Assembly: GCA_016181305.1 (NCBI GenBank)
Contig: JACOZN010000001.1
Span: forward strand, 3,025-67,024
Direction: 5' to 3'
Source: Candidatus Woesearchaeota archaeon
Lineage (GTDB): Archaea; Nanobdellota; Nanobdellia; Woesearchaeales; GW2011-AR4
Length of the DNA stretch: 64,000 bases
The position numbers were made by a program, and so were the translations under genes. The notes beneath the pieces are model-generated. The model ran no database searches, was not told the origin of the DNA, and saw nothing but the letters and a program-made list of their open reading frames with translations. Position 1 is the stretch's first letter, and every line of letters starts with the position of its first letter. This document shows, one piece after another, positions 1 to 8,749 of this stretch.

Positions 1-575
1 GTTACTATGACGCCGGGGTCGATTGCATTCACAGTTATGCCGTGCTTTGCATAATCAAGCGCCATTTCCCTTGCAAGCTCTGTAACGCCGCCTTTTGAGG
101 CGCAGTAGGCGCTTATGCCTGGAAATCCAACCAAGCCCGCAATTGAGCCTATATTGATGATTCTGCCGCCCTTGTCTTGCTTCAGCATTTGCTGTACTGC
201 ATATTTTGAGCATAGAAAAACACCTTTCAAATTGACTTCCATCTGCCTGTCCCAGTCTTTTTCAGTTAAAGTTGTTACAGTTCCCGAGACAAGAATTCCT
301 GCATTGTTTACGAATATATCCAGCTTCCCGAATTTTTTCACTGCTTTTTCAATTAAATCCCTTACATCAATTTCCCTTGTAACATTGGCTTTTATGAAAA
401 TCGCTTCAGCCCCGAGCTTTTTTATTTCCTCAACAGTATTCTTGGCTTCTTCGTCTTCCCTGTAGCTGTTCACAACAACCCTGCAGCCTTCTTTTGCCAA
501 TGCAATTGCTATTCCCTTTCCAATGCCCCTGTTCGAGCCTGTTACAACCGCAACCTTTCCCTCAAGCCTTTTCAT
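1..575 (-). CDS. Short-chain dehydrogenase/reductase (FabG/glucose-1-dehydrogenase-like); C-terminus runs off the window
   Basis: Reverse-strand ATG at 575-573 gives MKRLEGKVAVVTGSNRGIGKGIA (TGxxxGIG Rossmann motif), then NNAG and YCASK (YxxxK catalytic motif). Absent from the ORF track because there is no stop codon inside the window. Confidence 0.85.
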   Translation of the reverse strand, partial: MKRLEGKVAVVTGSNRGIGKGIAIALAKEGCRVVVNSYREDEEAKNTVEEIKKLGAEAIFIKANVTREIDVRDLIEKAVKKFGKLDIFVNNAGILVSGTVTTLTEKDWDRQMEVNLKGVFLCSKYAVQQMLKQDKGGRIINIGSIAGLVGFPGISAYCASKGGVTELAREMALDYAKHGITVNAIDPGVIV

Positions 576-578
576 TTT

Positions 579-767
579 TTACCACCTTTTTGATTTCATA
601 ACCAAAATCAATGCAAGCAAAAATATTATTGAATACATTATAAGACCGTAAACGCATGCGGGAATCCTAAGCATTTCTCTTACAACGCCGCAGCTTATTC
701 CTGTTCCGCTAAGCTCCGCATAAGCGAGATACCCGGAAAACAACATTCCTGCTGCTGACACTAACAA
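579..767 (-). CDS. Small two-TM membrane protein with a Cys pair, function unknown
   Basis: 62-aa ORF with two hydrophobic segments flanking a C-x11-C loop. It sits 3 nt downstream of the SDR start on the same strand. Confidence 0.3.
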   Translation of the reverse strand: MLVSAAGMLFSGYLAYAELSGTGISCGVVREMLRIPACVYGLIMYSIIFLLALILVMKSKRW

Positions 768-833
768 TATAAATTTTAATATTAATTATGGGCTAATGTC
801 TATGCCCTGCTTTTTCTTCTGCACCATTCTTAA

Positions 834-1400
834 TTACTTTGCTTTCTTGTACACTTCTTTCCAAAGCTTTGCAACCCACAAGTAAACAAGGATTACAAGC
901 CCGATTAAAAGCACCAAGGACAGGAGGTTTATAAAACTCCAGTACCCGTAGCTTTGCCCCATCATGCCGTAACCCAAGTTTCCCATCATCCCGTATCCAA
1001 AATTGCCTCCCATCATGCCCATCATTCCTCCGTAATTTGTTCCTCTTCCCAGTCCAGAGCCCATCATACCATAATTTACAGAATCGCTTATGTCGTTGCA
1101 GTACAATCTTTTTGCCATTGCGATATGCATCAGCCTCAAGCTTTCAGAGCCTTCGCCGCCCATCATCCTGTCCATCAGCTCATGGGCTTCCCCAGGATGG
1201 ATTTGCTCCATCAAATAGTCCCCGATAATCTCAAGCTGGTTTTCATTAAGGCTAGGGCATGGCGTTTTTGCGTCAATCAGTTTTTTGGCCTCTGCAAAGT
1301 CTTCTGCATCAGCATAAACAAAAGAAATGCTGAAAATCAAAACTAAAAAATATAACAAAGTCTTTTTCAAATTAACCACCTCCAACGTTTTTAGCAGCAT
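834..1400 (-). CDS. Signal-peptide protein with Met/Gly-rich repeats and a C-terminal TM anchor; putative metal (Cu) binding
   Basis: N-terminal hydrophobic signal sequence, repeated GMMG/GYGMMG units and a C-terminal TM helix. Divergent from the PadR-TRASH regulator gene. Confidence 0.5.
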   Translation of the reverse strand: MLLKTLEVVNLKKTLLYFLVLIFSISFVYADAEDFAEAKKLIDAKTPCPSLNENQLEIIGDYLMEQIHPGEAHELMDRMMGGEGSESLRLMHIAMAKRLYCNDISDSVNYGMMGSGLGRGTNYGGMMGMMGGNFGYGMMGNLGYGMMGQSYGYWSFINLLSLVLLIGLVILVYLWVAKLWKEVYKKAK

Positions 1401-1558
1401 CCTTTTCCTTTCTTTCCTTTCTCCATTTGCATAACCTCATAATATATCCATTTCTGATATATAAAAATGAGCAAGTATTTAAACTTTTCTATTCATATCG
1501 TATTTGGACATATCCAAAAAAGAAAAGTATTTATACATGCTTGCTCTTTAGCCAAATT

Positions 1559-1972
1559 ATGGCAGAAATCAAGATAAACAACATGGTTAAATTCTATACA
1601 TTATGTCTTTTGGCAGCTGATTCGAAGCACGGTTACGATTTAATCAAGGAATTAGAGAAAAAATTAGGAAGGAAGATAAGTGCAAGCAATGTCTATCCTT
1701 TCTTAAGCACTTTAAGAAAAAACAAATTGATTAAATTTGACAAAGTCGGGAAAAGGGACAAGAAAACATACCACTTGACACCTGATGGTAAAAGCTTTAC
1801 AAAGCAGATGTTCAGCAAATTCGGCGATTTAATCAATATAGCGATAGAGCCAAGAATAACAGCATGCCCGTGCGGCTGCAAGATTTATTCAGGAGGCTAT
1901 ACTGAAAAAGTAAAAGGCAAGGTTATGAAGTTCTGCTGCTCGCATTGCGCAAAAATGCATAAGCCAAAATAG
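1559..1972 (+). CDS. PadR-family winged-helix regulator fused to a C-terminal TRASH/YHS-type Cys-rich metal-binding domain
   Basis: The PadR-like core is YTLCLLAADSKHGYDLIKELE...VYPFLSTLRKNKLI. The C-terminus CPCGCKI-x17-KFCCSHCAKM matches the CGM..-x(19-22)-FCSxxC TRASH pattern. Start moved to the ATG at 1559 (MAEIKINN), because the upstream part of the 1427 ORF is AT-rich promoter sequence. Confidence 0.7.
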   Translation: MAEIKINNMVKFYTLCLLAADSKHGYDLIKELEKKLGRKISASNVYPFLSTLRKNKLIKFDKVGKRDKKTYHLTPDGKSFTKQMFSKFGDLINIAIEPRITACPCGCKIYSGGYTEKVKGKVMKFCCSHCAKMHKPK

Positions 1973-2494
1973 TCATTCCTTGCAGCAATCCACGATTTTC
2001 TTGATTATTGCTGAAAATTTATTCAATAATCCATGCTGATTTTTGCTTGTGTCAAAATTATTTTCCAAATTTTTCACTTCAACCATTTTCATGTTGATTG
2101 CAAAGAAAAGAGAATAGAGGTTAAATGCCGATGCAAAATACATGTTAGCTTCCTTGGCACTGCCTTTAGATAATTCTTTTGTCCCGACTTCAATTAATCG
2201 CATGCTCGCCGCCAGCAAGTGCTTGCTGATGCACCACCCCTCTCCTTCAGGATTTGTGACAATCTTTCCAAGCAGGCTTTTCCTTAAGTTCCTTATTGAA
2301 TTGAGCATTTCCAGATATTTCTGGTTGCTGGTTTTCATTGCTGTGAAATAGAAATGCTCCTCAAGGCTTATCAGGTTCATCAGGGCTATGCTCAGGTCCT
2401 CGTCTCTGGACAAATCTATTTCTCCCTGCCTTGCTTCCTTGATTTTTTCCAGCCAGTTCTTTACTTCGTCTTCCATTTTAGCCAAAAATAACAT
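1973..2494 (-). CDS. Hypothetical soluble helical protein ending in CCKE
   Basis: 173-aa ORF, last gene of a co-directional Cys-rich cluster. An alternative start (MEDEV) lies at 2476. I do not recognise a family. Confidence 0.4.
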   Translation of the reverse strand: MLFLAKMEDEVKNWLEKIKEARQGEIDLSRDEDLSIALMNLISLEEHFYFTAMKTSNQKYLEMLNSIRNLRKSLLGKIVTNPEGEGWCISKHLLAASMRLIEVGTKELSKGSAKEANMYFASAFNLYSLFFAINMKMVEVKNLENNFDTSKNQHGLLNKFSAIIKKIVDCCKE

Positions 2495-3014
2495 ATAAAA
2501 TCAAGCTGGATGCACTAAGAAAAAGCAAAGTTATTGCAACCCCCTGAAACGGGAACAGCACTTTCCCTTTTGCTTTTTTGATGTAACTGTGGATAAAAAA
2601 AGCTAATAAAGCTGTAACACCGCCGATAATGCTGCCAAGCAGCATCTTATCAACCCAATAAACTTTGTTGAGTAACGAGCCGGAAGAGCCAAAAATCAAT
2701 AATGGAAGGTAAATGCTGTCGCTGCTTATGCTTAACAATGGTACTATAGTCAGCAGAAATGATGCCAAGACAATTGCGGAAAACTGAAATTTAAAATATT
2801 CTTTCTTGATTTTAAGCCCAATCCACAGGCCTGTTGAAATGCCGAAAGCCCCGACAAGCAATCCTATAATGCTAGTATCCAAGCCATAATACTTTGCAGA
2901 TATGGCAGCTGCGCCGACAGCGGCGGTGCATAGCGGACAATGTGCATGGGCAAATGGAATCTCAAAGAATAATAAAATTAAAAATAATAAAAATAATTTC
3001 CTCATTTTCAGCAT
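2478..3014 (-). CDS. Polytopic membrane protein with a signal peptide and an HCPLC motif
   Basis: MRKLFLLFLILLFF...AHAHCPLC followed by about 5 hydrophobic helices. Overlaps its neighbours, which is operon-like. Confidence 0.45.
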   Translation of the reverse strand: MLKMRKLFLLFLILLFFEIPFAHAHCPLCTAAVGAAAISAKYYGLDTSIIGLLVGAFGISTGLWIGLKIKKEYFKFQFSAIVLASFLLTIVPLLSISSDSIYLPLLIFGSSGSLLNKVYWVDKMLLGSIIGGVTALLAFFIHSYIKKAKGKVLFPFQGVAITLLFLSASSLILYVIFG

Positions 3015-3229
3015 TTTTCATCTTCTGTCCAGCCGCCCATGCCAACTCCTCCGGCGCTCACGGCGGCATTCCCGGTCATTTGATTCCTTATGGTTCTTAT
3101 TTGAAATGATTGGACAACCGACAGCAGCAGTACCGCAGCAACCATCCCGACCAGCACAATATTCTTTATTCCAGCCCCTTCCCTGTCTTTATTCCTGCAG
3201 CAATCATGTTCAGTTTCCATTTTCTGCAC
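3008..3229 (-). CDS. Small single-TM protein with an N-terminal HDCC motif
   Basis: 73-aa ORF that overlaps both neighbours and has one hydrophobic helix. Confidence 0.3.
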   Translation of the reverse strand: MQKMETEHDCCRNKDREGAGIKNIVLVGMVAAVLLLSVVQSFQIRTIRNQMTGNAAVSAGGVGMGGWTEDEKC

Positions 3230-3803
3230 CTCTGTACTTGTTGGACGCTAGGTTGATGTAATTCAATTCAATGCCTTTCGCCTTCAAAACCTGTGCTTTT
3301 TTTGTTATTGGGCCCGGAAAAAACAAGGTTTTCCACTTTCCCAATTCTTCCAGTATCGCATCGTTTGTGTACTGGCTTCCATGGTTCTTTATAATATATT
3401 TAGCCAGGCCCCTCATTGCAAAGCTGTGCTCGCATCCGCATGCGGCTTTGCCGTCGCTGAATATTATGGAATCAACGCCGCAGCAGTACTCGCAGCTTAT
3501 CTGGCTTGCAACGGCTACTGCCTTCTGCTGGTTTGATGGTGAAACATCATCGTAGCTCACCCCAAGCTCTTTTCCGTATATGGCAGGCATCCCTTTTGGG
3601 ATCACATCCAATTCAAAATCAATATTCCCAGCTGTATCTGCCGCGGGTTTGCTTTCTGCAGCTGCATTCCCAGTTATTGCGGTTATTGCATTTGCATTAA
3701 TTTTCATCTGGCTCATTTGAAATGTGTTAAGCCCGATAACGAGCATGGCTGCCGCCAATAAGCCAATGGTTAATTTTTCAAGATTAAATTGCATGCTTTT
3801 CAC
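3210..3803 (-). CDS. Membrane-anchored Cys-rich protein (CEYCCG...ACGCEHS; resembles PCYCGC-motif proteins)
   Basis: N-terminal TM anchor followed by a domain with clustered Cys motifs. The family assignment is from memory of the motif only. Confidence 0.45.
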   Translation of the reverse strand: MKSMQFNLEKLTIGLLAAAMLVIGLNTFQMSQMKINANAITAITGNAAAESKPAADTAGNIDFELDVIPKGMPAIYGKELGVSYDDVSPSNQQKAVAVASQISCEYCCGVDSIIFSDGKAACGCEHSFAMRGLAKYIIKNHGSQYTNDAILEELGKWKTLFFPGPITKKAQVLKAKGIELNYINLASNKYRGAENGN

Positions 3804-3906
3804 CTTCAGTCATTTACCCAATATAACAATAACCTAACAGCAAGAAATAGTTTTGAAACACCTTTTTAAAGTAATGATGAAACTAGTTTCACTGCAGAAA
3901 ACAGCC

Positions 3907-4410
3907 TTATTTCAGAACAATTATATTCGTCATGCCCCTTCTTTTTCTTTCAAGAATGTCCTTTGCCTCAAGCCTGTCAAGAACTCTTGTTACCTTAACC
4001 TTGCTGAAGCTGGTTTCTTTTATCAAATCGGTTTGATACGCAGAGCCATTCTTGCTTTTTACGAGCTCATAAACTTTCCTTTCTTCATCGTCAAGCCTTG
4101 AGAAGTCTATTTGCTTGAAATCCTTTTTATGCTCCATTGGAAAAGGCTTGTAAAAAAATGCAATATACACCCCTAATACAAAAACCAGAAAATCAATGCC
4201 AAAGGCCGTTGTCAGCGCCCATGAAATGGCAGTCCACACAGAATTGGCTTTGTGCACCGGGCAATCAGTTTCAAGGCTTTTTTCATGGAAATAGGCGCAG
4301 AGGTATGATGCCTGGCCGTCTAGCTGTATTTTTATAAATGAAAGCGCAGCTAAAAGTGCTATAGAAAATCCAATTAATAAATAACCGACTGCCTTTGGAT
4401 TCCGCTCCAT
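3907..4410 (-). CDS. Membrane-anchored winged-helix transcription regulator (2 TM + Cys-containing loop + C-terminal wHTH)
   Basis: Two N-terminal TM helices flank the loop C..HEKSLETDCPVH. The C-terminal part ERKVYELVKSKNGSAYQTDLIKETSFSKVKVTRVLDRLEAKDILERKRRG is MarR/TrmB-like. A paralog lies at 31969-32472. Confidence 0.6.
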   Translation of the reverse strand: MERNPKAVGYLLIGFSIALLAALSFIKIQLDGQASYLCAYFHEKSLETDCPVHKANSVWTAISWALTTAFGIDFLVFVLGVYIAFFYKPFPMEHKKDFKQIDFSRLDDEERKVYELVKSKNGSAYQTDLIKETSFSKVKVTRVLDRLEAKDILERKRRGMTNIIVLK

Positions 4411-4502
4411 TCTCTCTTTCAGGCCGTAATCTGGGCTTTAATTTAAATTTATCGCTGCCCTAATTAGAAAATTATAAATATTCATTCCCAAACAATAAAT
4501 TC

Positions 4503-5522
4503 ATGCCTGAAAAGAAGTTCAAAATAGCTTTCTTCGAGCTGGAGCATTGGGAAAAAGAATATTTATTGAAGAACTTGGGGAGAAGATGTAAATTGCAGTT
4601 TATTGGCCATCACCTGAATAAAAATAATGTTAATAAAATAAAAGATGCTGATGCAATCGGCATTTTCATCTATTCCATCGTCAATAAAGAAATTTTGGAC
4701 AAGCTGCCTAATTTAAAGTCGGTAATAACATTGTCAACAGGCTTTGACCACATTGATTTAATGGAGTGCAAAAAGAGAAAAATAACAGTCTGCAATGTCC
4801 CCCACTATGGAGAAAATACTGTTGCAGAGCATACTTTTGCCCTTATACTAAACCTGACAAGGAAAATACACAAGGCTTATGACAGAACTGTAAGGGGTGA
4901 TTTCTCCCTTGACGGCTTAAGAGGAACGGACTTGCAGGGCAAAACGATTGGCATTGTGGGAAATGGAAGCATAGGGCAGCATGTGGCAAGGATTGCAAAG
5001 GGCTTTGAGATGGAAGTCATTGCGTTTGACAGGCTCAGGAACCAAAAGCTCGCAAAAAGGCTCGGGCTCAAATACGTCAGCTTTGACTATTTGCTGAAAA
5101 ATTCCGATATCATTACATTGCACGTCCCATACAGCAAGTCAACGCACCATCTTATTGATAAAAAGGCAATCTCAAGGATGAAAAACGGGGTTTTGGTTGT
5201 AAACACCGCAAGAGGCGGCATAATCAGCACTTCGGCATTGCTTTACGGGCTGAAATCGGGCAAAGTCGGAGGGGCGGGCTTGGATGTGCTTGAAGGCGAG
5301 TGCTTCATTAGGGAGGAAAAGCAGATACTTTCAAGGAACTTCCTAAAAGAATGCGACTTGAAAACCGTGCTTCAGGACCATTTATTGCTGAGGCAGCCTA
5401 ATGTGATAATAACCCCCCATAATGCATTCAACAGCTGGGAAGCTTTGCACAGGATACTTGACACGGCAATTTTAAACATAAATTCTTTTTTGAGGAAAAA
5501 GCCAGTTAACATTGTTAAATAG
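4503..5522 (+). CDS. D-isomer-specific 2-hydroxyacid dehydrogenase (D-lactate/phosphoglycerate dehydrogenase family)
   Basis: NAD-binding motif GIVGNGSIGQHVA, a catalytic-domain Arg/Glu/His pattern (NTARGG...PHNA) and a 339-aa length. Confidence 0.85.
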   Translation: MPEKKFKIAFFELEHWEKEYLLKNLGRRCKLQFIGHHLNKNNVNKIKDADAIGIFIYSIVNKEILDKLPNLKSVITLSTGFDHIDLMECKKRKITVCNVPHYGENTVAEHTFALILNLTRKIHKAYDRTVRGDFSLDGLRGTDLQGKTIGIVGNGSIGQHVARIAKGFEMEVIAFDRLRNQKLAKRLGLKYVSFDYLLKNSDIITLHVPYSKSTHHLIDKKAISRMKNGVLVVNTARGGIISTSALLYGLKSGKVGGAGLDVLEGECFIREEKQILSRNFLKECDLKTVLQDHLLLRQPNVIITPHNAFNSWEALHRILDTAILNINSFLRKKPVNIVK

Positions 5523-6312
5523 TTTTTTCTTTCTTTTTTAGCTCATAAAGCATATAACCACCCACCAGAAACAATGGAAAGCTCAGCAGCTGCCCCATTG
5601 TGAAATAATTGAAAATGAATCCAATCTGCTCGTCAGGGGTCCTGAAGAACTCGGCAATTGTCCTGAATAATCCGTACAAGGCTACAAATGCCCAGAACAT
5701 GAAGCCCTTTGGCAGCTTTTTGCCCCTGATAAGCCAAAGAGCTGAAAATATTGCAAAGTTCTTTATTGACTCGTAAATCTGCGACGGGTGCCTGCAGCCT
5801 GACGGCAGGTTTTCAACAAATTTATTTTTCGAATAATCGATGCACCAAGGCGCATTTGTGATCCTTCCCGCAAGCTCGGCATTGATAAAATTGCCTATTC
5901 TCCCCAAAGCCAGTGCCAGGGCAACAGGGACAACTGCAATGTCTGCAATGTCATAAAATTCTATTTCCTTCTTTTTGCAAAACAAGAATGCTGCAATTAT
6001 CGCCCCAATCAGGCCGCCATGGAAGCTCAGGCCGCCGTGCCATACCGCCAATATTTCCAGGGGATTTTGCAGGTAAAACACGGGGTTGTAAAAAACAACA
6101 TAAGCTAATCTTGCGCCTAAAACAACCCCGATTATAGCATAAACAATGAAATCAGCAGCATCGTCTTTTGTTATCGGCAGCTGCTTTTTCTTTGCAAGGT
6201 GAGAAATCATGAAGTATGCTATTATAAACCCAAGAGCATAGAACAATCCGTAATACCTGATCTGCAAAGGGCCAAGCTCAAGCAAAACAGGGTTTATGTT
6301 GTGGTAGAGCAT
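5515..6312 (-). CDS. lgt: Prolipoprotein diacylglyceryl transferase
   Basis: Lgt signatures: YGLFYALGF, WHGGLSFHGGLIG, GRIGNFINAEL. Polytopic membrane protein of 265 aa. Confidence 0.85.
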   Translation of the reverse strand: MLYHNINPVLLELGPLQIRYYGLFYALGFIIAYFMISHLAKKKQLPITKDDAADFIVYAIIGVVLGARLAYVVFYNPVFYLQNPLEILAVWHGGLSFHGGLIGAIIAAFLFCKKKEIEFYDIADIAVVPVALALALGRIGNFINAELAGRITNAPWCIDYSKNKFVENLPSGCRHPSQIYESIKNFAIFSALWLIRGKKLPKGFMFWAFVALYGLFRTIAEFFRTPDEQIGFIFNYFTMGQLLSFPLFLVGGYMLYELKKKEKTI

Positions 6313-6315
6313 TTT

Positions 6316-6885
6316 CTAGTGCCTTCCCTTCATAGAAATGTCATACATAACTTCTTCCAGTTTTTTTAAGTTCCATTTTATGGAGTCAGACTTCTTTCTA
6401 AGTTCTCCATTCCTCAAGTGCAGCTTTAAAAATTCCCCGTAAATGTCATGCACCAATTCCTTTATCTTTTCAGCCTCGCCGAATTTCTTGTGTATGACAT
6501 CATAGATTGCTTTCCTCACAAGCTCTCCTGTCAGGTCGCATAATCCTGCCAGGTAATCCTCTGCAGAAACATTGAGGCTTGCCCTTGCCGGGATTTTATT
6601 GTTCTTTACAAACTCATAGAAAGCAATAGCTTCAACATACTCCTGAAAAGCCACAGAATTGATGTTTGTATCTGTGTTTATGCTGACTTTTCTTAATTTA
6701 TTTACTTTGTCCTTTATAGTTTTTATTGCAGATTCTGCTTCCTTCAAGTCATTCCTCTGCGCGGCGTAAATAACCTGCTTTGAAAGGCTTATTATCTCCC
6801 TCGAGGTTTGTATGACTTCCTCCCTTTTCAGGTCAATATCATGCATTTCCTGCCTTATTTTGCTGAATTCCTTTTTGTTCAACAT
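6316..6885 (-). CDS. Translin-family nucleic-acid-binding protein
   Basis: All-helical, about 190 aa, with EDYLAGLCDLTGELVR (translin-like motif). Start moved to the ATG at 6885. Confidence 0.6.
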   Translation of the reverse strand: MLNKKEFSKIRQEMHDIDLKREEVIQTSREIISLSKQVIYAAQRNDLKEAESAIKTIKDKVNKLRKVSINTDTNINSVAFQEYVEAIAFYEFVKNNKIPARASLNVSAEDYLAGLCDLTGELVRKAIYDVIHKKFGEAEKIKELVHDIYGEFLKLHLRNGELRKKSDSIKWNLKKLEEVMYDISMKGRH

Positions 6886-6955
6886 AAAGGTTAAGGTTGC
6901 TGTTATGTTTATAAAGGTTTTTAGTGTATCAGAACCCAAATCCAAAAACAAAAAG

Positions 6956-6963
6956 TTTAAATA
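6956..6963 (+). promoter_or_regulatory. Archaeal TATA box (tttaaata) 23 nt upstream of the ATG at 6987; implies a leaderless mRNA
   Basis: The same octamer at the same spacing precedes 27224 and 55279. The 14-mer tttaaatacccatt is repeated at 10897-10910. Confidence 0.6.
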
Positions 6964-6986
6964 CCCATTTCAAGCATTGAAACTTC

Positions 6987-7559
6987 ATGGCTATAGATGC
7001 TCCAGTCACCCCGTTCAGGCAAGTCCTTGTTTTCTTTGACAGCATCGGCTTGTTTGACGTTGTGCTGCCCTTCATTCTTGTTTTTACCATTGTTTTTGCC
7101 ATACTTGAAAAGACCAAAGTGCTCGGGACAGAGGAAATTGAAGGCAGGAAATACACCAAAAAGAACCTGAATGCAATCACCTCTTTTGTCATAGCATTCC
7201 TTGTTGTTGCCTCATCGCAATTGGTGGAGATAATCACTACAGTCTCTTCCCAGGCAGTGGTTGTCCTGTTTTTGTCAGTGCTGTTTTTGCTCCTTGTAGG
7301 CTCTTTTTACAAGGAAGGCGAGCCTGTGTTCCTTGAAGGGGGCTGGAAAATTGTCTTCATGATAATAGTTTTCATCGCCATTATTGGCATCTTCCTCAAT
7401 GCAATCAAGACAGAAGACGGAAGGACATGGCTTGAAAGACTGGGGGATTTCACAGGCACAGGGGGCGATGAGTTGGCAGGCTCCCTCATTTTGCTGGCCT
7501 TGGTTGTGCTTTTCATAGTCTACGCAACAAAAGATACTGCAAAAGAGGCAAAGCATTAA
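6987..7559 (+). CDS. Polytopic membrane protein, paralog 1 of 3 (unknown family)
   Basis: The N-terminal block VLVFFDSIGLFDVVLPFILVFTIVFAILEKTKVLG is shared with the next two ORFs. About 5 TM helices. Confidence 0.6.
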   Translation: MAIDAPVTPFRQVLVFFDSIGLFDVVLPFILVFTIVFAILEKTKVLGTEEIEGRKYTKKNLNAITSFVIAFLVVASSQLVEIITTVSSQAVVVLFLSVLFLLLVGSFYKEGEPVFLEGGWKIVFMIIVFIAIIGIFLNAIKTEDGRTWLERLGDFTGTGGDELAGSLILLALVVLFIVYATKDTAKEAKH

Positions 7560-7616
7560 AAAAATTAACAAAATTTATATACTAATATCAAAATAAAAAG
7601 CCAAAGAGGTTAAAAA

Positions 7617-8219
7617 ATGGCGTCAGAAGCCCTAAAGCTTGAAGGTTTTCTCAGGGTATTGGAAAGGTGGGGGCTTACAGATGTACTGCTGCCGTTTCTG
7701 CTCATATTCACTATTATCTTTGCGGTACTGCAAAAAACCAAGATTCTCGGGGAGGACAAGAAGAACCTTAACGTAGTCATAGCAGTTGTGGTCGGCTTGC
7801 TTGTAGTTGTGCCTCATGTAACCGGAAGGTTTCCCAATAATGCAGATCCTGTTGTGATTATCAATGATGCGTTGCCCCAGGTGTCAATAGTGCTTGTAGC
7901 AGTCATATTCCTGCTGATTTTAATAGGCGTTTTCGGGCAGGACTATGTGTTTTTGGGAGTCACAATGCCCGGCTGGATTACTTTGATATCATTTGTCATA
8001 ATCGTGCTGATTTTTGGAGGCTCAGCAGGCTGGTGGCAGGGCGACTTTGGGCAGACTCTTGAAAACTTTTTTGGCACAGAAGGCGTAGCTGTATTCATCA
8101 TGATAGTCACATTTGGCATAATAATTGCGTGGATTACCAGCGAGTCAAAGGAGAGGGAAGAAAGAACAGTCCTTAACAGGCTGGGCATGGACTTCAGCAA
8201 GCTTTTCGGAAAAAAATAG
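7617..8219 (+). CDS. Polytopic membrane protein, paralog 2 of 3
   Basis: FLRVLERWGLTDVLLPFLLIFTIIFAVLQKTKILG aligns with paralog 1. Confidence 0.6.
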   Translation: MASEALKLEGFLRVLERWGLTDVLLPFLLIFTIIFAVLQKTKILGEDKKNLNVVIAVVVGLLVVVPHVTGRFPNNADPVVIINDALPQVSIVLVAVIFLLILIGVFGQDYVFLGVTMPGWITLISFVIIVLIFGGSAGWWQGDFGQTLENFFGTEGVAVFIMIVTFGIIIAWITSESKEREERTVLNRLGMDFSKLFGKK

Positions 8220-8225
8220 GGCAAG

Positions 8226-8723
8226 ATGGCAACTTTTCTTGATGTGACAGGATTGCAGTACTTCTCAGGCATTTTTGTCTTTATTTTTGTGTGGCTTGTT
8301 GCTTATGCAACGCTGCTATGGACAAGAGTTCTGGGCGACAACAAGTTTATCAGCGCGCTTGTCGGCTTGCTGCTTGGAATATTTGTTCTGATATCTCCTA
8401 TTGCAACAGGCGTTGTTGCGGATGTTGCGCCGTTCCTTGCAGTCATTTTCCTGTTCATAGTTTTGATAAATGTCGCCATAAAGATGCTTGGCGCGGATAT
8501 AGAGGCTTTTCCTGCCCTTAAGGGAATTTTCATAGTTTTCATAATCCTTGTAATATTCATTGCAGCAGGGCTGAAGATAAGGGAAAAGGCAAATGTGCCT
8601 TCAGAAACCCAGACTGACCTGTCCAAAACAGTCAATTTGATTTTCCACCCGACTTTTCTCGGCGTAATACTGGTTTTTGCAATAGCTGTTTTTACGATTG
8701 CTTTATTGGCAGGGAGAAACTGA
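8226..8723 (+). CDS. Polytopic membrane protein, paralog 3 of 3 (more divergent)
   Basis: Same architecture and the ...TRVLGDNK motif. Tandem and co-directional with paralogs 1 and 2. Confidence 0.5.
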   Translation: MATFLDVTGLQYFSGIFVFIFVWLVAYATLLWTRVLGDNKFISALVGLLLGIFVLISPIATGVVADVAPFLAVIFLFIVLINVAIKMLGADIEAFPALKGIFIVFIILVIFIAAGLKIREKANVPSETQTDLSKTVNLIFHPTFLGVILVFAIAVFTIALLAGRN

Positions 8724-8749
8724 GAATTATTTTTGATGCAGAATTAACC

